DNA of 64,000 nucleotides from Schmidtea polychroa (Eukaryota), in contig CM097885.1 in the NCBI GenBank assembly GCA_044892525.1, forward strand, positions 68,758,001 to 68,822,000, given 5' to 3'. The notes under the pieces are model-generated. The model was not told the DNA's origin. It did no database searches and worked only from the letters and a program-made list of their open reading frames with translations. Position 1 is the stretch's first letter, and every line of letters starts with the position of its first letter. The position numbers and the translations under genes are program-made. Of the stretch, positions 33,781 through 47,121 are shown one piece after another.

Positions 33781-36700
33781 TTTTTAAATAAAAGTTTAGA
33801 GTGTTGAAAACTTGGTATAAAAATGTGGCATCAGTATATTCGAAATTTTAAAAGTTTTGTTCGTATTTCTTATTTCTTGATTATTTAATATGCTGGTATA
33901 AAAATATTTATAGTTGAACAAGCATTTAAAAAACCTAGAAAATATATATGATCGGCGCAATGCAACATTAGTCGTGTAATATAATATGGGATAATGCTTA
34001 ATTTAAACAACGAAAACACCGACAAACATTATATATATACTGATTTATAGTCTTCAAACTCTCTTTTTAAATAAATGGATAAAATAATCAGTGGTGAAAT
34101 TGGAAGAAATAAAAGTTATTATATTAATAATATTTATGAACTTTTATGTAAACCAATTTTAATATTAATTTTTTAAAAATTGAAATTGATTTTGGATATT
34201 GAAGGAAAATTTTAAATGTTGGTATTTGTTTAATAACAATTATTTTAACATAGATTTTTAATGTAATGAAATTATCTTAATTAAATAATTTTGTAAATAA
34301 ATTTTAAGAAAATAAATTGATTTTTGTAATTAATTTTCTAACAATTACATAATTACTTTTAATGATATTATTTTAAATTTTATTTAAATCAGGCGATGAT
34401 GCTGAAGATACCCAATAGTCAACCAGTGTCTGTTGATAACACAAGTATCAAGTAGAATAGCCACTGAGGAATTCCATTATAGCGAAACTAACCTGGGAAT
34501 ATAACTGCTGCTGTACGTGATGACGGTTCGATGATTGTGCAGCGAGAATAACTCAGATATCGAACATTGTCCGAAAAATGGCGGATGGAGTTAGTGTTGG
34601 CGACAATTATTCAACTGATCATGCCGAAATGCAAAATCTATTCGAAAAATGGAATAAATAGTCAAACTACTGAAATAAAATTTGAACCACGAATTCCCTT
34701 GAGCATATATGACAAACACTAAAGATTGATTACAAAGACCCTGTGTGTGGAAACGAGTATATAAATGATTAAAACAGCAAAAACAATCCTAAACAGTGCC
34801 TGACATTCCCATCATCGTTTGAATGTGAGACATACACAGTGACGACGATTAACAAGGCATATCGCAAATTCTGTCAAATATATAATAACGAGATACTCGA
34901 TGCTTATAAGTTAACAAATTAAATATCTATGTAAGGAGACTAACCGGCGTAAGTGTGGATTTTTAAAGTTTAAATTAATTAAATTTATAAAATTTTCCAA
35001 CTGAAATCAGGATAAACATTACCAAGAATCATAACATTCAGAGGCCTTCGTGTGGGTTTGGAGCGGTAATCTGAATCATACTCGAGCAGATCGGAAACTT
35101 AAAGTGTGGGCTAAAGCGAATACTAGGCAAACGATGGGAAATGGGAGAGGAGCGCCAATTGTGACGGAGAGAGGAAAGTAAAGGACCCCAGAGGGAAAAT
35201 TTACTGCCTTATCCATACAAGCGGAATCGATTATGCAAATAAAACTAATAGGAAATAGAACTAAAAAAATCGTTCACTCAAAATGTCAAAGATAACTCAA
35301 TGTCAAGTAAGATAACGAAATGTCTACACCCATTATATAAAAAACAGACACCACAAATCAGAATAATTACACCCGATATAATAAATATAATTAAAAATGA
35401 TGAAAGTAAATTGAATGTAATGTTAAAGTTAAAAAGTTTAAGTTTTGAAGGAAACCGAGCAAACCATAAAATAAAACACATGATTATAGAATAAGACAAA
35501 CGAATAGTACGGTAATGGAGAGAATGAATACTGAGGTGTGTTGAGAAAGATTCTGATTTAGGCGGCTGAGTAACGAAAATATGACGTGTTAAGACATTTT
35601 TACTTATTCACGATGACAAAATAGAATTTATTTTTGTCTAATTAATAATAAAATTATTTAAAATTTAATTTATAACTATAAATATTTTTCATTAATAATG
35701 TTTTATGTAGTCATGCTAAAAATGTTTTTCATATTCAAATTACAACCTGATTTAGCTAATTAATTTACTTATTCTAATATTTTTACAAATGAAAAGTTAC
35801 ATACAGCCTGCTATGTTACCTTGTATGTTGTGCGTATTATAAATATAGATAAATAATTATGGATGCATTTCATAGTCAAGAATAAAAACAAATTAGCCCA
35901 AGAGGGCTTTAATAAATATTATAATTAATATTTGGGGAGGTTAAATCGTATTTCATTGATAATCTAAATGTCGTCGTCATCAAAATATACAAGAAGATGA
36001 ATAACACAGAAATATACCTCAGAAATTATAAATAGGTTAATAATCACATAATAATCTACATGTAAATTTACTATTTATAGGAATCAGACTAATTTGTAGT
36101 ACTGAAATCATCACCAGGGCCTTACCAACAGTGGTGCGCGCGGTGCAGACGCACAGGGCGCACATCTGTAAGGGGCGCAAAATTGGCATGTAACATTTTT
36201 TAATGTTTCCAAAAAATAAAAAAATTATCAAATGGCATGCACGTAAAAAAACGACACCTAGCTAGCCAATCTTTAACATTAATGATTGGACTGGTAAAAA
36301 GGTAAGCACATTATTATCATCGTATAAAAATATTCTATAGTAGTGCCAGTGAAGCAGTTTTTTGGTGCTAATGTAGATATTAAATAAATTATGTTTGATC
36401 GGTAAAAACAATAAACGTCATAAATACATCATACTTTTCTCGATCATTATAATTAATCTTTAGTGGTTGTTTTTTATTTGAAAAAAAATTAAATATTTAA
36501 TATATAATTATTTCATATTAAATGTTTGTTTTAATATTGAATTTAGTTTTGTAATTTTTTAAATGTATAGTTGAGTGTTAAATTCATTTAAATTAAATTT
36601 TCAAGATTTTTACTGAATTAATTATATATTAAATATTTAATTTTTTTTTCAAAAAACAAACAACCTCTTGAAAATCACTATACCATCACTATACCGACAG

Positions 36701-36817
36701 CGGATTAAAAATGAAAGAAATTAGTAAGAAATAGGAAGAATTGATTCATCACCCCTACTTTTTATCTTAACATACACACAGCAATCATCTCTGAACCAGT
36801 TCATATGATAAGTGTAA

Positions 36818-39611
36818 GTAACTGTGTCGTCATACTTAGTGGTCACTGGTTGCTAACACACACACATCTAGTCCAGTACTAATCATACAACACACACATA
36901 CTACTATTATGTGAGAGTCCAGTACTAATGATTTGTGTATAGTTCAACACACACACACATCGACTACTATTATGCGAGAGTCCAGTACTATTTACTACTC
37001 TATGTGAGGATCCAGTACTATTCATACAACACACATCGACTACTAGTCTATGTGAGGATCCAGTACTATTCATACAACACACACACACATCGACTACTAG
37101 TCTATGTGAGGATCCAGTACTATTCATACAACACACACACACATCGACTACTAGTCTATGTGAGGATCCAGTACTATTCATACAACAACAACACACACAC
37201 ACATCTAGGACACTGGTGGTCTATATAAGAATCCAGTACTATTGACTACTCTATGTGAACATCAGTACTATTCATACAACCGATTACGACCAGTGCTAAA
37301 ATACAAGCACGACCAAGACCACGACCACGAACACGAACACGACCACGACCACGAGTACATCGATACAAACACTTCTCTGAGAGCTGATTCAACCAATAAC
37401 CTAGATAAGAACTACTTTAAGCTTTTAAATAATAGTCTTTATGGAAAATCAGTGGAAAATCTTAAAAAACGGATGAATTTGAGATTATGTAATTCTGCTG
37501 AAAAAATGATTACATATTCTTCAAAGCTGTCTTTTAGAAAGTGTATCAAAATTGATGACAATCTGATTGCAGCACATCTGAATAAAGATTTGATTTGTTT
37601 AGATAGACCTAGTTATATAGGTCAAACAGTTCTAGATCTATCGAAATTAAGGATGTATCAGCTTCAGTATCTTGAATTAGCTAAATATCGAAATCAATTC
37701 AATTGTAAGATTGACATTGTTGCTGGCGACACTGACTCTTTCTTCCTTGAAATTAAGAATTGCAAGTTAACTACACTTCTACCTGCAATGATTTCAGATA
37801 ATCTTTTGGATACTTCCAATTATGACTCTAACCATCCATTGTATTCAAGAAATCTTGACTCAGTAATAGGTATATTCAAAGATGAGAGTAAGGGACTTGG
37901 ATATAAAGAATGGGTTTTCTTGAGACCAAAATGCTATAGTCTTTTAGGTGAAACTGAAAGTAATAAAGCAAAAGGAATTACTTTGAAAGGAACTGAGATA
38001 AAACATCTTTCTTATCTTGACTGTTATGAGAACAATAAAATCTTTTCTGTAACTCAAACTCTAATAGGAACTCGAAATCATCAGTTGTTTACGTTTAAGA
38101 ATTGTAAAATTGCGTTAAGTAACAACGATGATAAACGACACTGGGTTGGTAAAAATAAAAGTTTTGCATACGGGTATAATTTAGATGTCAACCAAGATGA
38201 TGATGCCAACTATGAAGATGATCCAGAATTGATCGAGATTGATTTTAATGATCGAGATTTTATATGAAATAAATTTTTGTATTTTGAAAACTGTCTTTTT
38301 ATTATTTAATTAAATTAATTTAAAAATTATAGCTTTGGTTTGAGAATAAATCTGTTTGCTTCAAAAGTAATTTTATAAGTAATCGTGCTTTGATTTATAT
38401 AAATTATTATTATTATTATTATTATTTTGTGGGACTGATGGCTAAGTGGGAATTTACTTTTTGGTTTTTTGTTTTGACGTTAGGTATGAGGTTCAATTCC
38501 AAGTATGGGCGACTTTTTTCAAAATTAATTTTTACATGTTATTTCTAATATAGATCGAATCAGCATGCTTTATTTGCTATGAATTGAAATTTTCATAAAA
38601 ATCGGTTAATTATTTTTACTTAAAGGTTCATAGTATTTTCTCACCTACTGGCATAAAATGCAGTAAACAATCATTAAATAATAATTGATATTAATTTTCA
38701 GACGATTTGGGGATTTATTTTATTATACTTTGTGATTTCATTAAATATTTTGTGTTGTACCCTTTAAATAACAATAGAAAAATTTCATCTATTGACCATT
38801 TTTAATATAAGGTATGCAAACGTTATGAAATGTATAAAACAAGGAAAATGATCCATTTATAATACATAGAAACTAATAGTAGTAGTAGTAGTAGTAGCTG
38901 TCGTTGTCGTAGTCGTGGTCGTGGTTGTGGTTGTGGTCGTGGTCGTGGTCGTGTTCGTGGTTTTATTTTAGCATTGGTCGTACTCGGTTGTATGAATAGT
39001 AGTCAATAGTACTGGATTCTTATATAGACTACCAGTGTCCTAGATGTGTGTGTGTGTTGTTGTTGTATGAATAGTACTGGATCCTCACATAGACTAGTAG
39101 TCGATGTGTTTTGTATGAATAATACTGGATGTTCACATAGAGTAGTCAACAGATCCTTATATAGAGTAGTCGATGTGTGTGTGTATTGTACTATACACTA
39201 ATCATTAGTACTGGACTCTCACATAATAGTAGTATGTGTGTGTTGTATGAATAGTACTGGACTAGATGTGTGTTAGCAACCAGTGACCACTAAGTATGAC
39301 GACACAGTTACCATGGTATTGAGTCATCAATAAGTGGTCAGTTAGGAACAGGTTAGTATATGACGTAATGGATACGTGAGTGGTCAGTTAGTAACAATGT
39401 GTGTATGACGTAATGGGCACGTGACTGGTCAGTTAGTAACCATGTCTGTATTACGTAAAGGTCACCGTGTGGTTAGTTAGCAACTGACCTTTATATTACA
39501 TAATGGCCACGCGATTGGTCAGTTAGCAACAGTGTGTATATTACGTAATCGGTCATTATTACATAACCGATATCCCCCCTTTTGTATCTGAAGGGCTCAC
39601 ATCCCTCTACT
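36818..39611 (+). mobile_element. Internally deleted Polinton derivative: inverted arms around a PolB C-terminal fragment
   Basis: 36818-~37350 is inverted relative to ~38900-39311. The right arm continues to terminal CTCTACT at 39611; the outer part of the left arm is missing. Confidence 0.75.
37357..38267 (+). pseudogene. pPolB C-terminal third (second, diverged family)
   Basis: From YIDTNT onward it aligns with 5471-9445 (KLLNNSLYGK, AGDTDS, PKCY); fused in frame to TIR repeat sequence. Confidence 0.9.
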
Positions 39612-40329
39612 AGCGACATTTCAACTTTGGATCTAGCACAAATTCGTCATCATAATTGGTAGTTACTGTAACAATAATTAGTAAACCAGACACAAATAGT
39701 AGATTCTCGTACCGTTTCGGTATTATACAGTTATCGATATATCAAGTTAGGATCAGGCACAAATTCGAAATCTCAATTGACAAAAGCAATAACAATAATT
39801 AATAAGGTCTTTACTAATTATTGTTCTCATTATAGTTATATTATATCGTTAATAAAGTTTGTGAAAAACTGTTAGTTAATTGTATTTTATTAATTCATTT
39901 TTTGTCATCAATTTTTTCATTGCGACGAGCTATACATACACGCACCCCGATTGTCCCGCTACAATATTTTACCGGCGACTCTATCGGGTTCTCAAGATTT
40001 CCTCACACACACATACACTTACCAACACAAATATAATATAGTCTATATATAACACATAATATAATACCATTGAAACCTCCAATCATAATACTTATATTTG
40101 TTATTCAATTAATTAATTTTTAAATTCTTAAACAACATCAGTTTAAATCCACTTCATTTTCACATTTTTTTCCATGGAACACTATTAATACGGCAATACA
40201 GACACAAACACTTCATTCTTTGCACACACACTACTCGTGAAACCTTTATTTTGCTCAATCAGTCATTTCTGTCGAGTACGATCGAGAAAATGAATGGTTG
40301 GTAGTCATATATAGTCATATATATAAAAC

Positions 40330-40640
40330 CCTCACATTACAAGCTTTGTAATACCAAGTGCAAATCCCAATAGTAGACTAGTTTCGAGCTTTTGGCTCTC
40401 ATCAGTACAATGCAGGAGACACGAAGATTTCTCTTTGCGGCAGATAAGTATACAATATTGCTGATTCAACTCTATGGCATACTTTCCCTGGTACACCTGA
40501 AATCACATCACTTGCAAATTAGCTAAATCACAGAAAATATATCTGCAAACTTGTAAACATGGCGTACGAAAAATCATATTCACCTCTGGAGTCAGAGTAT
40601 ACACAGAAACTGTTTACAGGTGCATCCGTAAACCCTTAGC
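40330..40640 (-). mobile_element. Penelope-like element 3' fragment
   Basis: Degenerate coding-like sequence running into a minimal hammerhead, the arrangement known for PLE pseudo-LTRs. Confidence 0.55.
40370..40411 (-). ncRNA. Minimal type I hammerhead ribozyme
   Basis: Minus strand ATTGTA CTGATGA GAGC CAAAA GCTC GAAA CTAG TC^TACTAT: complete core, 4-bp stem II, palindromic stem III, stem I with one mismatch. Confidence 0.85.
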
Positions 40641-40670
40641 ATTTTTTAACTTGTAATGGTGTAAAATTAT

Positions 40671-41438
40671 GAATCCCGGACAAAATACCGAAAATTAAAA
40701 AAACTAAAACAAAAACACCGAAAATAAAATATCGAATAGAAAAAATATCGAATAGAAAAAATATCGAAAACAAAAATATCGAAAACAAAATATCGAAAAA
40801 TTAATAAAAAATTTCGAGTTTTTGGTTTCGGTGTTTTATCCGGATCCCATTAACAATTATTATTATTATCAATATTAGTGAAAACTTAAAATAATTTTTA
40901 CACACTAAGTTATGGGGTAGAGAATTATTATATGTTTGCAATATTCTGTGTTTACCTTTACAGGAAGTTGTCAATAAGGAGCGATAATTTACAATTTTAT
41001 ACATACATTCTATATACACATACCTTGTTTAACATGGGTGTATATACTCCTAGTTTATCCGACAAAATATTCTGTCCCCCTATGGGTATTGCTCATATGG
41101 GTAATGGTCACAAGGGTACTACTCACACTCAACATGTCGCAAGGGTATATTAATTAAGGTTAGTAAATAAAACCTATCACACATACTATTTTCGAAATTA
41201 GTTTTAAAAGTCAACAAATGTTAAAATTGTTACATCAACAACCACGCCTCCTCAAATGTCAAAATTTACAAACACGCCCCTCAAATGCTTTAAAAAATGC
41301 CTTAAAAATGCTTTCGATGTTTATGTTTTCGATATTTTATTTTTCGATGTTTTTGCATTTCGAAATTATATTTTTCGGTGTTTTTGTTTTCGAAGTTTTA
41401 ATTTCGAGTTTTTGGTTTCGGTGTTTTATCCGGATCCC
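40671..41438. mobile_element. Mutator-like composite element (768 bp) with captured DNA
   Basis: Perfect 9-bp TSD TAAAATTAT (40662-40670, 41439-41447); ~130-bp sub-repetitive TIRs; extra internal right end at 40848. Confidence 0.75.
41040..41150 (+). repeat. Isolated Polinton TIR core fragment
   Basis: TATCCGACAAAATATTCTGTCCCCCTATGGGT...GGTCACAAGGGTACT matches 51060-51140 and the reverse complement of 10808-10862. Confidence 0.8.
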
Positions 41439-41529
41439 TAAAATTATATATATATATTATAAGAACTTTTTTCTCCAATTTCACCGCTGATATTCTTTTC
41501 CATTTTATTTATTAATATATATATATTTA

Positions 41530-41930
41530 AAATGGAATTAAAAATGGAATATTGGAAAATTCAAAAGATCAACAAATTATCGAATTAAAATTTGAAAATC
41601 GGGTTAGATGCAAATGGGATAATGGGAAAAATCATGGCGATAACGGATTCATCAAAATATGACCAGAAAGGGTCGAAATACAAGAAAACGTACAAAAACA
41701 TAAAATCGTTAATTAATTAATCAAGGAAACCCCGAGTTAAGATAAACATATATAAATGTAAACAAAGCGAATTCTGAAAAACCATTATCATGACAACATA
41801 AGTAATGGAAAACGGGGAAAATATTCCCGCAAGAGGGACGCGCGGTGAAACAAATAATTATTTCTTGTGAAGGAGAAAAGATAAAAAAAGACGGCAAGGC
41901 AATGCTTGTCAGAAAAAGACTATCTAGTTG
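41530..41930 (+). repeat. Fragment related to the 3' (U5) part of the giant LTR; inverse copy at ~55540-55850
   Basis: Shared GGTCGAAA...CGTTAATTAATTAAT...GGAAAC(C/T)CGAG with 62085-62180. Confidence 0.6.
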
Positions 41931-42275
41931 AAATACCATTAAATAAGACGATTATTTCAATTATATAAGGGAGTACCATTATTATATAAATAAAATAGTT
42001 TTTGGGGGTCCGTCTCATCGCGTGCTCTGAATATATAATGTTAAATATTGAATTAATTATCATTTAATGCTTTCACAAGTAAATTTTTAATGAGATAATG
42101 GCAAAATCACTGTAATTTAAATGAGATTTTTATCAGTTTATATGAATTCCACTTTTATCAATAAAACTTCAAATTTATATTCATGAAAAAATCATGAAAT
42201 GAGTATATTTTTATTGTGGGATTCGGGAAATGTTTTGATTTAATGTAAATTTCTAAAGATATTTATTAAATTTAG

Positions 42276-45200
42276 AACATCATCTGGAAAATCAAGTTTG
42301 ATAAATGCCTTGTTAACAGAGGAAATTTTACCTACCAGCTGCGGGTCCACCTCGAATAGTTTCGTACAAATCAAGGCTAGTTCATCTAAAAGGGAATATA
42401 TAAGAATTAATAATGAAGTAATTATTTATAAAAATGAATATTATTTATTAATTTTTTATAATTTATTAAATTTCGATTGTAAGAATTATTAATATTAAAT
42501 CAATTATTAAGTCAATTTAAAATTAAATATTAAAAACCTAATGACGGTCATCATAAAAACCCCATTCAATTCAAATCAAAACATTTTCGCGTTCGAACCA
42601 GTAAGATCGTTTTTCGTCTGTAAAACTCCCCACCACAACTTGCAGGTTTGACCACGATCAAACACATAGTTTGCTTGTTTAGGTCAGTTTGTTTGAGAAC
42701 TTCGGAATGGGTGTAATTATATTTCAGTGATTTAAGGGTTAATTTATTGTGTATTAGAAACTTCACATATATTGCAAATATTAATATGAAAATCATTCAA
42801 TTAATTTAATTTATTAATTTTATAAAAATTATTAGAGAATAAATGTAACACGTAGAGAATTTTATTATTTAGGTGAAAACACTCAGCTCTTTGCTCGAAC
42901 TAACAAGTTTGTTATGTGAAGGTCATGTCAAAAATGGATCACATATTGATTTATTTTTTGATCGGGATAAATGTGACCTTTTGATGGAAAATATTGAAAT
43001 AGTCGATACTCCCGGTATTGATTCTGACAATGAATTGGATAAAGCAGTTATACAATATTGTAAAGATGCTGATCTGATAATATTAGTTGTTAATTCAATC
43101 ATTGGAATAAGTCTTATTGTAATTAATAAATTAACATTATTCTTTATTATGCTTTGTGAAAATAGGAAAAGGAATTTTTGAAAAAATTTCGAGTGCAGTT
43201 TTTGAAATTACATGTATTGATTGTGTTCAATTTTTGGGATATTCCAGATAAAGGTAAGAATAGGGCCGCTGTCCGTCAGCAGTTTATGATAAATGCCACT
43301 AAATTATTGACGGAAGAATTGGAATGCCCTAATAAACGTCTGAATAACCAAATATTCTTCTTGTCAGCTGAGGAAAGAAAAAACTTTTTGTCATCAGATG
43401 GTGAAAAAGGTTTTATATATTGACTGCTATTTTTGAATTTTATTAATATCAGAAAGTGAAAATTCTTTATGGAAGGCTCGGAATGAGAGTTTTGAACAGT
43501 TCTTTAATACTTTAAAAGTTACTGATTTATTGGTTGTCATTTAATTTATGGTTTCTCTTTATCAGGATGAACTGGCAAGTCTAGAACATCAAAGAAAAGC
43601 TTATTGTTTAAATGGATTACATTCATTGGTGTTAAATATATTCAATAACAGCAAGGCTTTTAATATGATAATGAATGAAAGGTTAATTAATTTTATTGTG
43701 GAACTTTATAAATTCTTCCTCTTTCTTTTTCGGAGTTAGGTACCGAGTTAGTAACAGGGGGGAAATTTAAAATAGATGTTGTAATTTCAAAATCATTTAG
43801 TGTTCCATGACAATGCAATTGAAATGTTCCTAGGAGTAACTAAATTTGTGGAATTTGGAATATTCATCGTATTAATATTGTCTATTTTATATGTGATATG
43901 CCTTTACAGTTAATTTAGGGGATAATTATTATTGTTGATTGGATATAATTTCAGAAAGATACATAAATTTTAGAATTTGCTTGATGGTTACCTCTTATGA
44001 TTAAGAATAACTCTTTAAATAAGTTTGCACAATCACTTACAAATTGTATTGGATCATTCGGTTTTTCTCCTTTGAAGCTATATCATAACTCTCCCGTTAA
44101 GATTTGTTATGAGTGTGTATTATTCTAAGTTGATTGTTATTTTTTATTAATGCTTTGTGTTAAGAAAATTTGTAGAACCCGATAGAGTCACCAATAAAAA
44201 TATGTACTGGGACAATCGGAGTGTTTGCGTGTTCGTTTGCAAAATATTACAAAATAACAAATATATAAAATTACAAATTTATTAATGAAGAAAATGATAC
44301 TTCGAGATACTATCACGATAATAGGATGGTATATTGATCGATTCTTTTATAATGATTCGGTTCTATTTCTATTATAATTTCAAGTTGTGTCTTTTAATAA
44401 TAATCTTTGGGGTGATTAGTTCTTGGACCAAATTTAGTAACTTTAGTAGTAATCTTGTCCGATTTTTCACTTTATTTTCTTTCGTTCTAGGTTTATTTAA
44501 TCCTTTAAATTAACTCCTCGGATTGTGAAAAGAAAGAATGTGCTTAGGATTGAAATTTATATTCGTTCTCAAATCTTTTCTTTTCTCCTGCAATTCTATC
44601 ATATCTCTTCCTCTTTCTTTGATGATAATTTGATGACTGATTTTTCAATATAGTTTCTGTTAATTTAGCCTCGTTAATTTTTAGCTTTCTGTTAATTTTT
44701 AACTCTTAGTTCTGTTTATTGATTTTTAATCAATTTTTTAATTTTTGATTTTTTACTATAGCGATAATTTACTATAGTAAATATCCTTTTTAAAATATCC
44801 TTCGCCTGGCGCTACGGGGACGACAATGACCAAAAGAAAACAAAGCTTAATTGAAATAACGTTGAAAAATACAATGACGGTTAAAATACAACAATCTATT
44901 ACAAGATTGATATTATTTATTTAGTTTATTTGATTCGTTGGCACCGCGTTGTACACCAATTTATATTCTCAATTATTATTTTTATAAATATTCGTTTTTG
45001 AATATTTTACACTTTATATTCTTAATCCTCACAAATTGGTATCTGTTTTTACCTTTTCATAAAAATAGAAATTATACTTTGATAATGAATTATTATTTTT
45101 GCAATAAAATTATTAATTGAGGAGTCCTTTATTTCAGAAACAAAGTTCATCAAATTTTTAACGAATCAATCAATGAAATAGACAAAATTTTAACAATGCA

Positions 45201-45642
45201 ATGTATTACTAAGTTATTTAAAAAACTTTACGAAGAATTTATTCGTGAAGGGAATTCGAAATTCCAAGAATTTTCAAATATAAAAAAAGAACTGAATATT
45301 AATACGAACAGAAAGATTCTAGAAATTAATAATAAGCTGCAAATATTGCTTCACAGTATTGCTAAAACGCACGAGGAACAGCTAAAATCATTGATAATTA
45401 GTAAATATCAACTGAATGATTTTCTATTGGTTAAAATTGATTTAGAGCGTATTGGAGAAACGAAAATGAAAAATTTAAATTCATGGATTTTAACAAAATT
45501 TTATTTTCCAAATTATTTTAATTTTAGTTATTTAATTAAAAACGATGTTATGGATTTAACCTTTCTTTACAATGAAATCGCAGAAATAGTAAGTTTTATA
45601 TTTAGTTCTTCAATCCATTACCTATGGAGATTTCAGAATTAA
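42276..45642 (+). CDS. Divergent mitofusin/Fzo-like dynamin GTPase, multi-exon, intactness uncertain
   Basis: Spliced P-loop (R)TSSGKSSLINALL...ILP, IVDTPGID..ELD...YCKDADLIILVVNS, VFNFWD, AVRQQF and IFFLSAEE match the mitofusin motif order. Confidence 0.7.
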
Positions 45643-46139
45643 TTATAAAATTAATCCTAAGTTTTATTAAATAAAAATTTCTAAATTTAAAAACAATAAT
45701 TTTCCAATAGTGTTTTTTCAATTTATTTCCTTTATAATTTATAGTTCAACCTGTTAACCACCACCACAAAAAAAATATGTCAATGACATTGAATTGACAA
45801 TAAAGTTTGTTTTTTATTTTTATTGTATCACTTTGAATTGGCTGATTTACAATGGTTTTCAGAATTTGCTAGAGATCGACATTTTCCTTTCAAACACTGG
45901 TAAAATGAACTACTATTTATAATTTTTCCACGCAGGCGCGTACGCAGGATGAATCCATGGGGGGTTATATATATATCGGCATTCGGAATATTTCTTAAAT
46001 TGTTTTAAGTTTATATATTTATTAATTATAGTTTTTTATATTGTTGTTGGAATCATGGGGGGCGGGCGGGGTTAAACCCCCAGTAAAATCCCAAGGCAAA
46101 TCAAAATGACTTTAAATTTTAATGTATTCGAACAGGAAC

Positions 46140-46600
46140 ATTTATTAGATTGAGTCAAGAAGTATTATACGTGACAAAACACTTTTAATGTAGTTTATTG
46201 TTGTTCTTTACGCATCGAAAAAATGTGTTTACTACATCCAGTTTGTTGACATCATCTTTCTTTACTTTCATTGTCCAAGGTATATTCCACCCTATCATAG
46301 CAATGTACCACATTTTAAAGGAATTCCGGGTGAGAACTCTTCTTAAATGAAAATCTAGGTACCACATTCTTCCCAGCGTCGGAAATCATATTGAAAAGAT
46401 ACCCTTCACTTGAGGATAGCACCCAGATTTTTCAGCCAACTTTTACTTGGCTGTTCCGTATGCATTTCTTGTAGAACATTTTTTGGGAGTATGAAATCAT
46501 TTGTTCGTCTGCTCTGAGGTCCACTGCAAACACCGAACGCTATCGATTGGTTCCAAGAATCGGCAACAACGTTTTCTACAATCTAAAATTTTATAATGTA
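46140..46600 (-). pseudogene. piggyBac-like transposase fragment
   Basis: DEQMISY, then frameshifted QPSKSWLKIWVLSSSEGYLFNMISDAGK, resembling the PGBD DEQM...KP.K.G.K.W.L..S.GY pattern. Confidence 0.6.
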
Positions 46601-47121
46601 CAATACAAAAGCTCGAAAACACAGTTTTACTAAAGGAACTGTTGTCTCAATTCCCAAAACTATTTTTACAGCGTGTTCCAAACAACAATCACAAAATGAA
46701 TTTTGATTAAATTGATAAAAATTAATTCATCGTTTTACCCAAATATATTTATCAATGGTTTTTAATGTTTATATTGAAATATTTTTAATTTTTTATCCCA
46801 TGTCTAAAAAAGCAAGTGAACAAAGCAAGAAAATATGTTTTGCAATTCAGTGAAAAGTTTATTATCTCGCCAAACAATATGAAATTCCGCTAAACATTCA
46901 TTTTTATTGCTCAATGTTACCAATTATACAAATGTTAAAAAACAAGAGTTTATAATACCACCTGCTAACAAATTTGTTGATATGTTGACAAAGGCATTGG
47001 TATCCGTGGATATCTCACTTAAAAGGTAAAAAACAAAGAATTCAGTGGCATTTTTAGATATATGAACTTTTCACTTCCATCCGAAACTTCAATAAGAGGA
47101 TATTTTCTTTCAAAATATACA

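Noticed and set aside
36880-37240. ~55-bp repeats as a CRISPR array, and ORFs 36879-37202 and 36935-37228
   Set aside because: A plain tandem repeat inside a Polinton arm with no spacers; the ORFs are translations of the repeat.
39955-39975. AT-rich hairpin loop as a CRESS virus origin nonanucleotide
   Set aside because: It does not match the TATTAC consensus, varies among copies, and no Rep gene is present.
46860-47010. Copia RNase H tail (VDMLTKAL)
   Set aside because: Too short and degenerate to support a call.
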